Below, one piece after another: positions 19,338 through 28,900 of a DNA stretch of 64,000 nt. Below the pieces are notes generated by a model. The model did not search any database. It was not told the DNA's origin and saw only the letters and a list, made by a program, of their open reading frames with translations. Where the stretch lies: sequence record NC_070982.1; one strand, 5' to 3'. A program made the translations under genes and the position numbers. This stretch comes from Escherichia phage vB_EcoP-101114UKE3. Numbering within the stretch: position 1 is the first letter of the stretch; each line of letters starts with the position of its first letter.

Positions 19338-20306
19338 ATGGGTGCTGGAGGTTTTCGAAAGAATACTGGTAGAAACAACACCACACTTCCGTACAATGTT
19401 GGTTTTCTAAACAATGTGCAGGATACAGAAACTTACAACGTTGCCGTCTATGATGAACTACAAAAAGTTAGTACAGCAACTAATCAGATGTTTCAAGCCA
19501 TTGATGAAATACATGAAGAAATTGATGTTAGGATTAAAGCTCTTAATGCAATGAATCTTCAATTTGATGAACTTGAAAACAGAATTACTACAGAGATCGA
19601 AACAGCTATTGCTGATATTCAAACACAGATGGGCAATCTGTCCACTGAAGATATTTGGGATAATTCAGTACAACCGCCAGTTAAGCTAGAAAGTTCTATG
19701 GCAGGGTTTAAAACTTCTATAGAAGGTAATGAGGTTAAGATACAATCTGTTGAGGGAATCGTAAACCAGCAGGGAGAGGAAATTGGCTTAGTTCAAACAG
19801 AGATCTCTAATATCAATAGCAGCCTATCTTCTTATATGAAGCTATCTGACTACGAGGCTACGTGGGGGGTTAACTCAAATGTCAACGGTAGGTATGCTGG
19901 TGTCAAACTAACTAACAATGGCACGAACAGTCAGTTCCAAGTTACGGCTGATAAGTTTGTTGTGGGTGACGGTAACTCAGGTAATACACCTTTTGTGTTT
20001 GAAGGAGGTCGAGCTAAGATAGAGTTTGCTGATATTAAGAATGTCAATATCACAACTGCTCAGATTGCTAATGCTCGTATCCAGTTTGCTCAGATAGATA
20101 ACGTGTGGATTACTGATGGTCAGATTGCCAATCTTACAGCTAACAAGATCACTGCTGGCTCTATGTCCGGTTCTAACTGGAGACTTACAGTAGGTGGAGA
20201 TTTTGTAATGGGTGGTACAGGCGGTTCTCAGTTATGGATGAACGGTAATAGAATAGATTTTTATGATGGGAGTGGAACTCTTCGCATAAGAATAGGGAGT
20301 TGGTAA
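19338..20306 (+). CDS. Tail or virion structural protein with coiled-coil N-terminus (322 aa)
   Basis: ATG at 19338 with GGAGG RBS; position in the tail module. Confidence 0.5.
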   Translation: MGAGGFRKNTGRNNTTLPYNVGFLNNVQDTETYNVAVYDELQKVSTATNQMFQAIDEIHEEIDVRIKALNAMNLQFDELENRITTEIETAIADIQTQMGNLSTEDIWDNSVQPPVKLESSMAGFKTSIEGNEVKIQSVEGIVNQQGEEIGLVQTEISNINSSLSSYMKLSDYEATWGVNSNVNGRYAGVKLTNNGTNSQFQVTADKFVVGDGNSGNTPFVFEGGRAKIEFADIKNVNITTAQIANARIQFAQIDNVWITDGQIANLTANKITAGSMSGSNWRLTVGGDFVMGGTGGSQLWMNGNRIDFYDGSGTLRIRIGSW

Positions 20307-20307
20307 T

Positions 20308-21342
20308 ATGGCATATGGAATATGGACAAGACCTGTTGGTCCGGGTCCGGCGGCACCTGCTGACATTTACATTGATAGTGGTAGCACGTTTCCTCAACTC
20401 AAGAATAGAGTTAGCGGTAACTTTGCATTTAGTGGAAACATTTGTGACCTCCCTATAAACGGGTGGGATGGAAGTGGTCAAATAGTTATTGTCCCAACAG
20501 GCTCTGTGGTATGGGAAAGATACATACCGCCTAATGTGACCTCTGACGTATACTGGATAAATAACATCTCAGTTATTAATAACTCTACTTTTCGAGTTAC
20601 TATGGATTATAATGTTAATGGGTGGATATTTGATATGGCTTTTAATGTGTATCAGATATGGCCTAGAGCTAATAGAAACTACGGAATTACTTTTTCTAAC
20701 ACAGCTGATTACTTCTCTATTTCTGACTCTGGTACTGTTGGTCAGTGTATCTGGGCTTGGGAAGGTGACATAAACGGCTCTCTTCAGATACCAGATATTG
20801 GAGGTTTTGATATGAGCCGGGCAACTGTTTATGCAAACTGGAGTCACGGAGGGGCTGGGTTGTTATATAACCCGTCTAACAGGGTTGTTTATGTGTACCA
20901 AAACAGGTCTCACGATAACAGTAACACAAACCAAACAGGATATATTGGTGGTGTTAGGATTGCTGTTTTCTGCGATGGTTCTGTGGTACCAACTCACAAC
21001 GGTGGCCTAAATATCTTTTCCCCAAATGGGTCTCAGTGCGTATTCTCTACCTACAGAACCCCTTTTAGTGTTGAGGGGTTTATGCCTATGAGTGGAGGTA
21101 ATACATCTCTGGCCTATCCAATGATACCACTGTCTTATGGGGCTGGGGCTATACGAGGAAGTGCTAGTGGTTGGTACTTTCAACACACAAGATCTCATAT
21201 GATGAATGGATCTTCTTTTGGGACAGGGTATGGAAGAATGATATACTCTTGGTCAAATCAGTATGATCTCGGTGGTGGGGGTGCTCTAGGATTAAGTATT
21301 CCGGTATTAGACGCCAAGAAGATTTTTAGAAGCATACAATAA
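20308..21342 (+). CDS. Virion structural protein (344 aa)
   Basis: ORF tightly packed within the tail module. Confidence 0.5.
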   Translation: MAYGIWTRPVGPGPAAPADIYIDSGSTFPQLKNRVSGNFAFSGNICDLPINGWDGSGQIVIVPTGSVVWERYIPPNVTSDVYWINNISVINNSTFRVTMDYNVNGWIFDMAFNVYQIWPRANRNYGITFSNTADYFSISDSGTVGQCIWAWEGDINGSLQIPDIGGFDMSRATVYANWSHGGAGLLYNPSNRVVYVYQNRSHDNSNTNQTGYIGGVRIAVFCDGSVVPTHNGGLNIFSPNGSQCVFSTYRTPFSVEGFMPMSGGNTSLAYPMIPLSYGAGAIRGSASGWYFQHTRSHMMNGSSFGTGYGRMIYSWSNQYDLGGGGALGLSIPVLDAKKIFRSIQ

Positions 21343-21351
21343 GGAGAGGAT

Positions 21352-22149
21352 ATGGATAGGATTTTAGGAGTTTCAGAACTAGACCCACTGGTTCAACAAG
21401 CTGCTAAGAAGTATGGTATTCCTGCTGCTCTTGTTCATGCGGTGATTCAGAGGGAGTCTAGTGGTAAACCCTCTGCCGCTTCAGGAACAGGGCCAGTAGG
21501 ATTGATGCAGATTAGTAAAGGCTTGGCTAAAGATTATGGATATAAACTTGAAGATAGGTTAGACCCTGCAAAGAATATTGACATGGGTGCTAGATATTTA
21601 AGAGATAACCTGAAAGCTTTTGACGGCGATGTGAGGAAGGCTTTGGTGGGGTATTCAGAAGGGACTGGTGGTGCTAAGCAAATGTTTGCTGGTAAGAAAG
21701 GGTTTACACCTCAAGCTTTAGATTCAATGAATAATAAGCTGTTCCTACCATTCTTTGATAAGAACACAGCAGCGGCACAAGTGGCTAATCCTGTAGGTGC
21801 TTTGAAAGCAGTACAGCCTGTGGACCAGTTTGATTCTAATACGCTGACTAGAGAAGGTGCTGCAAATGCTCCCACTCAAGCAGAGATGGCTGCAAGCAAG
21901 GCTGGGGCTTTGGGTGGTCGTCCTGTAGAGTTTTACTCTGATGAACAACAGTCTGGAGAAGATCAAAAACCTCAACAGAACTTTGGTAATGCTGTGTTGG
22001 CAGCTGCTTCTATGCTTGCAGGAAAACAGCCTAACTCTCAAACTGTACAGAGAGCACACGCCCCTACTCAAGCAGGTTCTCGATATAGTCCACAAACACA
22101 AGCTGTGCTGAGACGTCTGTCTAGCATAGGTACTGACATTTACAGATAA
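21352..22149 (+). CDS. Lytic transglycosylase (SLT domain) virion protein (265 aa)
   Basis: N-terminal motif VHAVIQRESSGKPSAASGTGPVGLMQIS resembles the SLT catalytic region; RBS AAGGAGAGG. Confidence 0.65.
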   Translation: MDRILGVSELDPLVQQAAKKYGIPAALVHAVIQRESSGKPSAASGTGPVGLMQISKGLAKDYGYKLEDRLDPAKNIDMGARYLRDNLKAFDGDVRKALVGYSEGTGGAKQMFAGKKGFTPQALDSMNNKLFLPFFDKNTAAAQVANPVGALKAVQPVDQFDSNTLTREGAANAPTQAEMAASKAGALGGRPVEFYSDEQQSGEDQKPQQNFGNAVLAAASMLAGKQPNSQTVQRAHAPTQAGSRYSPQTQAVLRRLSSIGTDIYR

Positions 22150-22158
22150 GGAGGACTT

Positions 22159-23211
22159 ATGTCTCTTTTCGGTTCTGCTCCTAAATCTAAGACTACGGTA
22201 GCTCCGTCTTCTCAGGTTGATGCTCTTCTGAAACAGATTGTAGCAAATGCTCAGGCTATGAATCAAAACGATCAAGGTTTTATTAATCGTAACATAGCAG
22301 GTTTTAATGAAAATCAAACAGCAGCTCTTTCTAATTTAGCAAATTCTAACACACTCAACCAACTCAGTCAGATGTACACCCCTAGAACTCAACAAGGGTT
22401 GGACCAGATGAATGAGTTGGCTCAGAAATATCAAAACCTAGTTAATAAGGGTGGTATCTCCGCTCAAGATGTTAATAATTTTAGCTCTGGACTGAATAAC
22501 TCTGCACTAGCTAAGTCTACAGGTAAAGCTGCTGCTAATATATCTCTTGGTAATGGCTCTGATTCAGGTTCTCTGAGACGTGCTGCTGCTCAAGGTGCTG
22601 CTCTCTCTTCAGCGAATACAAATCTTTCTCGTTCTATTCAAGGTAAGAATATGGGTGTTAACACTCTTCTGAATAACAACTCCTATCAGCAAGGTTTGCT
22701 CAATGCTCAGTCTGGTTTAGCAAATCAGAACCTGAATCTAGGAGCTGCTGGGGTACAAGCTGGTCAACAGGCAATACATAATCAGCTCACTGCCGGGAAT
22801 CTTCAACAGCAGCAAGATCAACTCCAAGCTAACAACAATTGGGAGAATGCTATTGGCAATCAGCAGTATGGTTGGAATCAGCTTAACAATCAGCTTAATG
22901 TATTAAACTCAGTAAGTCCAATGGCTGGGTACACTATTACTAATAGAGGTGCTGCCCCTAATGCTTCACAACAAATCCTTGGTGCTGGGGTTACTGGTCT
23001 TGGTATTGCTGGTCGTCTAGGTGCTTTTACCCCTAACCAGCAAACTACTAATGCTTGGAATTCGTACAATGCTTCTGGAGGTCAAGCTGGGATGGCTGGT
23101 CCTATGATTGGTGGCTCAAACCTGTCTCAACAGAACGGTCAGAGCAACTGGTTATCTACCGCAGGGAGTAATATCTTAGGTGGTGTTCTAGGAGCCTTTG
23201 GAGCAAATTAA
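22159..23211 (+). CDS. Q/N/G-rich low-complexity virion protein, internal or ejection-type candidate (350 aa)
   Basis: Paralogous to the next gene; RBS AAGGAGG. Confidence 0.5.
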   Translation: MSLFGSAPKSKTTVAPSSQVDALLKQIVANAQAMNQNDQGFINRNIAGFNENQTAALSNLANSNTLNQLSQMYTPRTQQGLDQMNELAQKYQNLVNKGGISAQDVNNFSSGLNNSALAKSTGKAAANISLGNGSDSGSLRRAAAQGAALSSANTNLSRSIQGKNMGVNTLLNNNSYQQGLLNAQSGLANQNLNLGAAGVQAGQQAIHNQLTAGNLQQQQDQLQANNNWENAIGNQQYGWNQLNNQLNVLNSVSPMAGYTITNRGAAPNASQQILGAGVTGLGIAGRLGAFTPNQQTTNAWNSYNASGGQAGMAGPMIGGSNLSQQNGQSNWLSTAGSNILGGVLGAFGAN

Positions 23212-23220
23212 GGAGGAGCT

Positions 23221-24189
23221 ATGGCTTTATTTGGTGGTGGGAGTAGCAAGACTACTTCTAAAATGACAAGACCTGACTACATTCAATCCTATATTGATCA
23301 GTTGGTCAATCAGGTTAATAACACTAGTTCAGGCGATTATGTGTATCGAGAAAATGTTGGACTTAATCAAAACCAGCAAGAAGCTCTGAATAATCTATCA
23401 CAATCTGGTGCATTAGGTGCACTTTCTTCTCAGTATATGGATGCTGCTCAATCTGGCTTAGGTTATCTAGATAATGCATACTCTGGATATAACAACCTGT
23501 CTAACTCTGGTCAAATCACTGGGGAACAGATTGGTGCTCTTGCAGGCCAGCTCTATGACGATGAGGCTGTGCAAGCAGCTATTGCAGCGAATAATGAACA
23601 AACCCAACAGAGTTTGGCTAGGAATGCACTTCCTCAAATCTCTCAGCAGTTTGCTGGTCAGCAAGGTTCTGGTGCACGTATGGCTAAATCTTTTGCTCAG
23701 GGTGATGCTCTGAACCAGATGCAGAACACAGCAACTAATATTACTAATAGTGCCTATGACTCCGCTCTAACTCAAGCACAGAACATTCTTTCTGGTAATA
23801 GACAAACACAAGCATCTGCTTTAGGTGGTTTATCTAACATTGGCTCCAATCTTGCTAATCTAGGAAACCAAGCTGGTCAGTTATCACAACAGCAAATGAT
23901 GAATCAGTGGAATGCAGGACTGCAACAGCAGCAACAACAGCAGTCTGATTTGAACAATGCTTATGAGAATGCTCAGAATGCTGCTAATTGGGGTTGGCAG
24001 GATATTAACAATCAACTAGGTGCTGCCGGGGTTCTTAATGGAGCTTTAGGGACAACCACAACTACTAAAACATCTGGTGGTAGTGGAGGCTTCCTAGGTG
24101 GTGCTGCGAGTGGTGCTGCTGCTGGTTCAGCTTTTGGCCCTTGGGGTGCTTTAGCTGGCGGTGTTATCGGTGGATTAGCTAGCTCTTAA
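23221..24189 (+). CDS. Q/N/G-rich low-complexity virion protein, paralog of 22159..23211 (322 aa)
   Basis: Similar N-terminus (M-x-LFG) and shared NQ-rich blocks; RBS AAGGAGG. Confidence 0.5.
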   Translation: MALFGGGSSKTTSKMTRPDYIQSYIDQLVNQVNNTSSGDYVYRENVGLNQNQQEALNNLSQSGALGALSSQYMDAAQSGLGYLDNAYSGYNNLSNSGQITGEQIGALAGQLYDDEAVQAAIAANNEQTQQSLARNALPQISQQFAGQQGSGARMAKSFAQGDALNQMQNTATNITNSAYDSALTQAQNILSGNRQTQASALGGLSNIGSNLANLGNQAGQLSQQQMMNQWNAGLQQQQQQQSDLNNAYENAQNAANWGWQDINNQLGAAGVLNGALGTTTTTKTSGGSGGFLGGAASGAAAGSAFGPWGALAGGVIGGLASS

Positions 24190-24203
24190 TTAGGAGAATA
24201 ATT

Positions 24204-25871
24204 ATGCAACAAACTTCTTATGCGTATCTTCGCAGTCAAGACCCAAGAAATCAGATTTATGGTGTTAAACAAGGGGCCGCTTCGGCCTCTCCATACATGG
24301 CAAGACCTGCTTATCCAGCTGCTGATGTTTCTATGTATAACCGGAGACCTCCTGCTTCTCCTGTAGGTTTGTCTTCTCTTGTTGCCAATGCTCAAGAAGA
24401 CCAAGAAGCTATGTTAAATCCGGGATTTAGACAGCGCCTTATGGAAGCAGAGAATCAAGGAACTCCTACAAGCCTTCAGGGTATTGATATTGGTGAACCA
24501 GCTCCTGCTATGAATAACCCAGATCTATCCTCTGATGAGGGTCTACAAGCTGCTGGGTTGATGCCTAGTGACCCACTTCCTGTTACTCCTCCTCGTAAAC
24601 CTCTGGAAGAAACAGATAAAGAGTTCTCTCCAGTTCAGGTGGAACAGGCTCAGAATGTTATTAACACTTTAGCTAATAGTAATCCAGCTCCTGAAGGTAT
24701 GGCTGGTGCAACTCGTGCTAAAGATCAAGAACGTATTAATAATGATATTATGGAAGTAGCTAAAGCTAAAGACCCAGCACAAGCTTGGAATGAGCTTCAG
24801 AAGCAACCGTTCTATCAGAAGTCTAGTTTCTACACTGGCTTAATGGGTGTTGGTCTTTCTATCATGTCAGGTAAATCCCCTATTGAAGCTTTCCAGATTG
24901 GTTCTGGCTTAGCTGCTCAGGATGAAACTAAACAACAACTAGAAGCCAATCGCGATGCTCTGTTAGAACAAGGCTACTCTCAAGATTCAGTTGCTGCTGC
25001 AATTGCTTCGGGAGATCCTTCTCTTCTCAAGATGCGTCAGATGAGTCCTCAGGAGAAAATGGCTCTTGCTGCTCAGGATGAAGAACGTGCCAATCGTGAG
25101 TGGGATAGACGTCAACAGATTCAAGAGAATTCGATGCGGGAACGTGCTGCTGAAACTCGTCGTGCTGCTGAAGAACGTGCTAATGCTCAGTTCGAGAAAC
25201 AGAAAGAACTTATTGGATATCGTGATCAAGTTAAAGCAGAGCGTGCAGAGAAAGCTGCTCAGAGCTTTACTTTCAACCCTAAAGAAGTTCGTCTGGCTCA
25301 GAATACAGCAGAAGGTACTGTTGCTAAACAGTGGGCAGAAAAAGCAGGTCTGTTTAATCAGTCTCACAAAGACTTGGATTTAGCTGACAAAGCTATTAAA
25401 GATAAGGATTATCAAACTGCTCGTTCTGCTTACATGCAGGCTATCATGAACTCCGCAAGGGCAGAAATTGGTGCTAACCGCTCTCTCCAAGCTGATGACT
25501 TGGCTCACTTTGCAGAAGACCCGTCAATCTTTGTTAAGGTTGGTAATACTTGGTCCCTTAAAGCAGGCTATCGTCCTTCTGATGCTGCTCTGTCATATGC
25601 TCGTAAGCAGGCAACTGTTGGTGCTACTTCCGCTGAGAAAGGTGTGAAGGATGCTAAGAAAGCAACAATTGAGGCATATATCGGTTCTGGTATGGATAAG
25701 AAACGAGCGACAGCTCTTGTCAACCGTGCTATTCCTTCTGCTGGTTTCTATGACCCATTCGGTACGTTTGAGAGTGAAGCTGAAGCAGCTGTTGGTGGAG
25801 ATGCTACAAATCCTCGATTAACAGGTGCTCTTTCTTCTTCAGCGGCAGATACGAGTTGGATGTTCCAGTAA
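24204..25871 (+). CDS. Internal virion protein candidate with a central hydrophobic segment (555 aa)
   Basis: Coiled-coil and charged regions with one transmembrane-like stretch; RBS AGGAGA. Confidence 0.5.
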   Translation: MQQTSYAYLRSQDPRNQIYGVKQGAASASPYMARPAYPAADVSMYNRRPPASPVGLSSLVANAQEDQEAMLNPGFRQRLMEAENQGTPTSLQGIDIGEPAPAMNNPDLSSDEGLQAAGLMPSDPLPVTPPRKPLEETDKEFSPVQVEQAQNVINTLANSNPAPEGMAGATRAKDQERINNDIMEVAKAKDPAQAWNELQKQPFYQKSSFYTGLMGVGLSIMSGKSPIEAFQIGSGLAAQDETKQQLEANRDALLEQGYSQDSVAAAIASGDPSLLKMRQMSPQEKMALAAQDEERANREWDRRQQIQENSMRERAAETRRAAEERANAQFEKQKELIGYRDQVKAERAEKAAQSFTFNPKEVRLAQNTAEGTVAKQWAEKAGLFNQSHKDLDLADKAIKDKDYQTARSAYMQAIMNSARAEIGANRSLQADDLAHFAEDPSIFVKVGNTWSLKAGYRPSDAALSYARKQATVGATSAEKGVKDAKKATIEAYIGSGMDKKRATALVNRAIPSAGFYDPFGTFESEAEAAVGGDATNPRLTGALSSSAADTSWMFQ

Positions 25872-25894
25872 TCTAAGACCTAAGTCCTATCTCT

Positions 25895-25905
25895 TATAAT
25901 GTATA
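25895..25905 (+). promoter_or_regulatory. Candidate promoter element TATAATGTATA
   Basis: TATAAT overlapping TAATGTATA, 37 nt upstream of the ATG at 25942. Confidence 0.35.
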
Positions 25906-25941
25906 TAGGAGGTAGGACATTTTTATTTATAAGGAGACGTT

Positions 25942-28900
25942 ATGGCTAATTTAAAATCGTGGGAAGAAGCTTCCAAAGCTCCTGCGTATCTGAACGCCTC
26001 TCCAGAGCAACAGGCTCAAATGAGAGAACAATACAAGGCAGCAGGGGGCACTATTCCTGAGACTCAACCACAAGAGCAACCACAACAAGAAGAACGAGGT
26101 GCTATTGGGGAGTTTGCTCAAGGTGTGTCTAACGCTCTTCAATCAGGTGGTGCTAACATTGCAGCTAGTGCTGCTAAAGGTTTAGGTGGGCTGGTAGAGA
26201 TTGGTGAAAACTTAACTGGTTCGGAAACAAGCTATGGTAAGCGCATTCAAGAGAACTCTAAACAGTTGCTGGAAGAACGCTTATCTAAGATAGAAGATGG
26301 TTTTGGTAAAACAGCTGGTCAGTATGCTGGTGTTGCTGCTGATATTGGTTTGACAGTTGCAAACCCTGCTGTTGCTGCTGCTGTTATCGCAGCTCGTGAA
26401 ACAGGTCGTGCTTATGCTGATCAAACTCCTAAAGAAGATGAAGATAAATCAGTCTTAGATGCTGCTCTTGTTGGTGGTGCTAACTACGCTGCTCAGAAGA
26501 TCCTTCCGGGCATGACTGGTACAGCTTCTACTACTCTTGGTCGTGTAGGACAAAGCGTAGCCTCTAACGCAGTTGCTGGTGCTAAGGGTGGTGCTATTGT
26601 TGGTGCTGCTGAAGCTCAGAACAAATATGGGGATGACACTACTCTAGCTAACGTATTAGAAGGGGCTATTGAAGAGGGTGCACTCGGTGCTGCTTATGGT
26701 GGGGCGATTGGTGGGGTTCATGGGTTAATAAGCCGTCCTAGCCCTCAAGTGTTTGATCGTACTCCTGAGCATGTTAAGACTGACATTGCTGCTGAAGATG
26801 AGGCTATTCGTAAAGCTGCTAACGCTGATGAACTTCGTGAAGCCTATGCTAAAGCTGAGAATGCTAATGCTGCCTCTGCTTTAAACCTTCTGGATGAAAA
26901 TGGTTTCCGAATCACAGATGCAGTTGCTATGGACTCTCCTGCTGTTCAGCGTATATTAAATACAGACCAAAGTCGTGCAGAGAAAGCTGCTACGGTTCAG
27001 AAAGATAGCTCTAATGTTCCCGGTCTCAATCCTCTCGCTTCTCCTAAGAAGACTCAAGGTAAAGCTTTTGCTGACAATGAGTACAACCAGAAACAAGCTG
27101 TGGCAATGAAAGATGCAATGGCTGACTACACTAAAGATAACACCAAAGCCCTTACTGATGTTCTAGACAACCTAGACCGAGAGTTAGTAGCTCTGAGAGC
27201 AAGTGGTGATTTTACTGGTAGTGCTATTGACATTAAAAACCGTACTCAAGCTGATCGTGATTTTATTGATGCTTATAAAACTTTTTACAGTGAAGCTAAT
27301 CGTTTCAAAGCTCGTGATGGTGAAGACCTAAACAACTTCATTGATAAAGCTACTCAGTTGCAGAAGCTATCTGAAAATGTTTCTCCAGAAATGAAGAAGG
27401 CCATTGGTGGATTAAAGAAACTAAAAGGTATGCCTGAAGGTTTTAACCCTATCCAAGATGCTTTCACTCTGAATAATACAGCTAAGTTCATGAGTAACCA
27501 AGACCGTGGTTGGACCTCTCTGACTGATGACGGTTTTCGTGAAGCTCCGGCTCCTGTGTTAGTTAAGAATCCTCTCGGTGCAGCCAAGTATGTACTTAAC
27601 CGCTTTACTTCCGATCGTGCTCGTGCTCAACGTGAGAAGCAACAGTCAGCTAATAGTGAAGCTATCCGCTCTTTGGCTAGGGCTGATTTAGAAGTACAAC
27701 GAGCTAGGACTCAGGCTGAAGAAGCAAGAGCAAAAATGGAAGAAGAACCAACCACAGAAGACATCAAATTCCGTACTCAAAATGATGCACCTTCCGAACC
27801 GGTTCGTGAGGAGCCTTCTGCTACTACTGTGACGGAAGAAATTCCGTCCTCTCCAGCTCCAACTGAAACACCTCTTACTGCGAGGGATTTGGTTGCTCAA
27901 AGACGTGCTCTCCAACAAGCAGAGCTTAGACGTCAAGAAGCTGAAGCTGCTCAGGCTCAAGAAAGTGCTACACCAGAACCTGAACCACAGCAAGAAGCTC
28001 TTACAGCTAGAGAATTAGTAGCTCAGCGTAGGGCTGTAGCAGAGGCTAAGAAACGTCAAGAGGCAGAAGAAGCAGAACGTGCTAAAGAAGCTCCTGAGGA
28101 AGCCGTAGAAGAGCCTAAAGAGAAACCTGAGCCATTACCTGCTCGTGCTCCTAAAGCTCCTGAGAAGGCTCCTGAGCCTGTTAAACCGTCACTTGGTGTA
28201 GAGCGTCTAGCTTCTATGTCAACTGCTGCTCGTCAAGCAACGAAAGACCGTGCTGATCGATTTGCTCGTTCTTTGTATTCGGCTGCTGCTAAAGCTAAAG
28301 CCACTGCGGAAAATTTCCTTTCTTACAAGGGAGATCCTAAAGAGCTTATGCGTCGTATCCGTCAGGAAGACCAAGCAAACAACACACAGCGTCATGAAGA
28401 GATGGCTAGAAACCAACTAGCTTCACAGCAAGGCATTGCTTCTGCTAAATCTCAACATGTTCGTGCTTCTTTTGCTGATTGGGTGAAAGAACGTGGGTTG
28501 CCTTCTGATATTGCTACTAAGGCTTTACGGGCTGAAGAGAAAGGTTTAGGTGGGAACGTCACAAGTCTAGATTCACTGAAGCGAAGAGCTGAGCGTTTAT
28601 ATCAGAAACAAAGAGATGATGAGTTTGACCGTCTCTATCGAGAGGCTCTGGAAGAGAATAAAGCTTTTGATAAGAGAGATGCTCCTAAACTGGTAGACCA
28701 GAAGAAAGAGCTTCAGGATGAAATTGGTGCGTTGCTTGATGCTGAACCGTTACGTCCTGCTCAGAAAGATGCTATGCGTAGGATTATGGAAGACTTCGTG
28801 GAGAGTAAGTTTAAATCTTCAGAGAAAGCTGGAAGGGTTGAGGCTTTGGAAGTTGGTCAGATGAAGGATGTGTGGGATGGGTTTATTAATACCTATAACC

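Noticed and set aside
21745-22317. 190-aa minus-strand ORF inside the plus-strand transglycosylase and Q/N-rich genes
   Set aside because: It is antisense to well-supported, RBS-bearing plus-strand genes in a uniformly plus-strand operon; its composition looks like a shadow ORF.
24987-25367. 126-aa minus-strand ORF and 105-aa plus-strand alternative-frame ORF inside the 24204..25871 gene
   Set aside because: Both lie entirely within a longer RBS-supported gene and have no start signals of their own.
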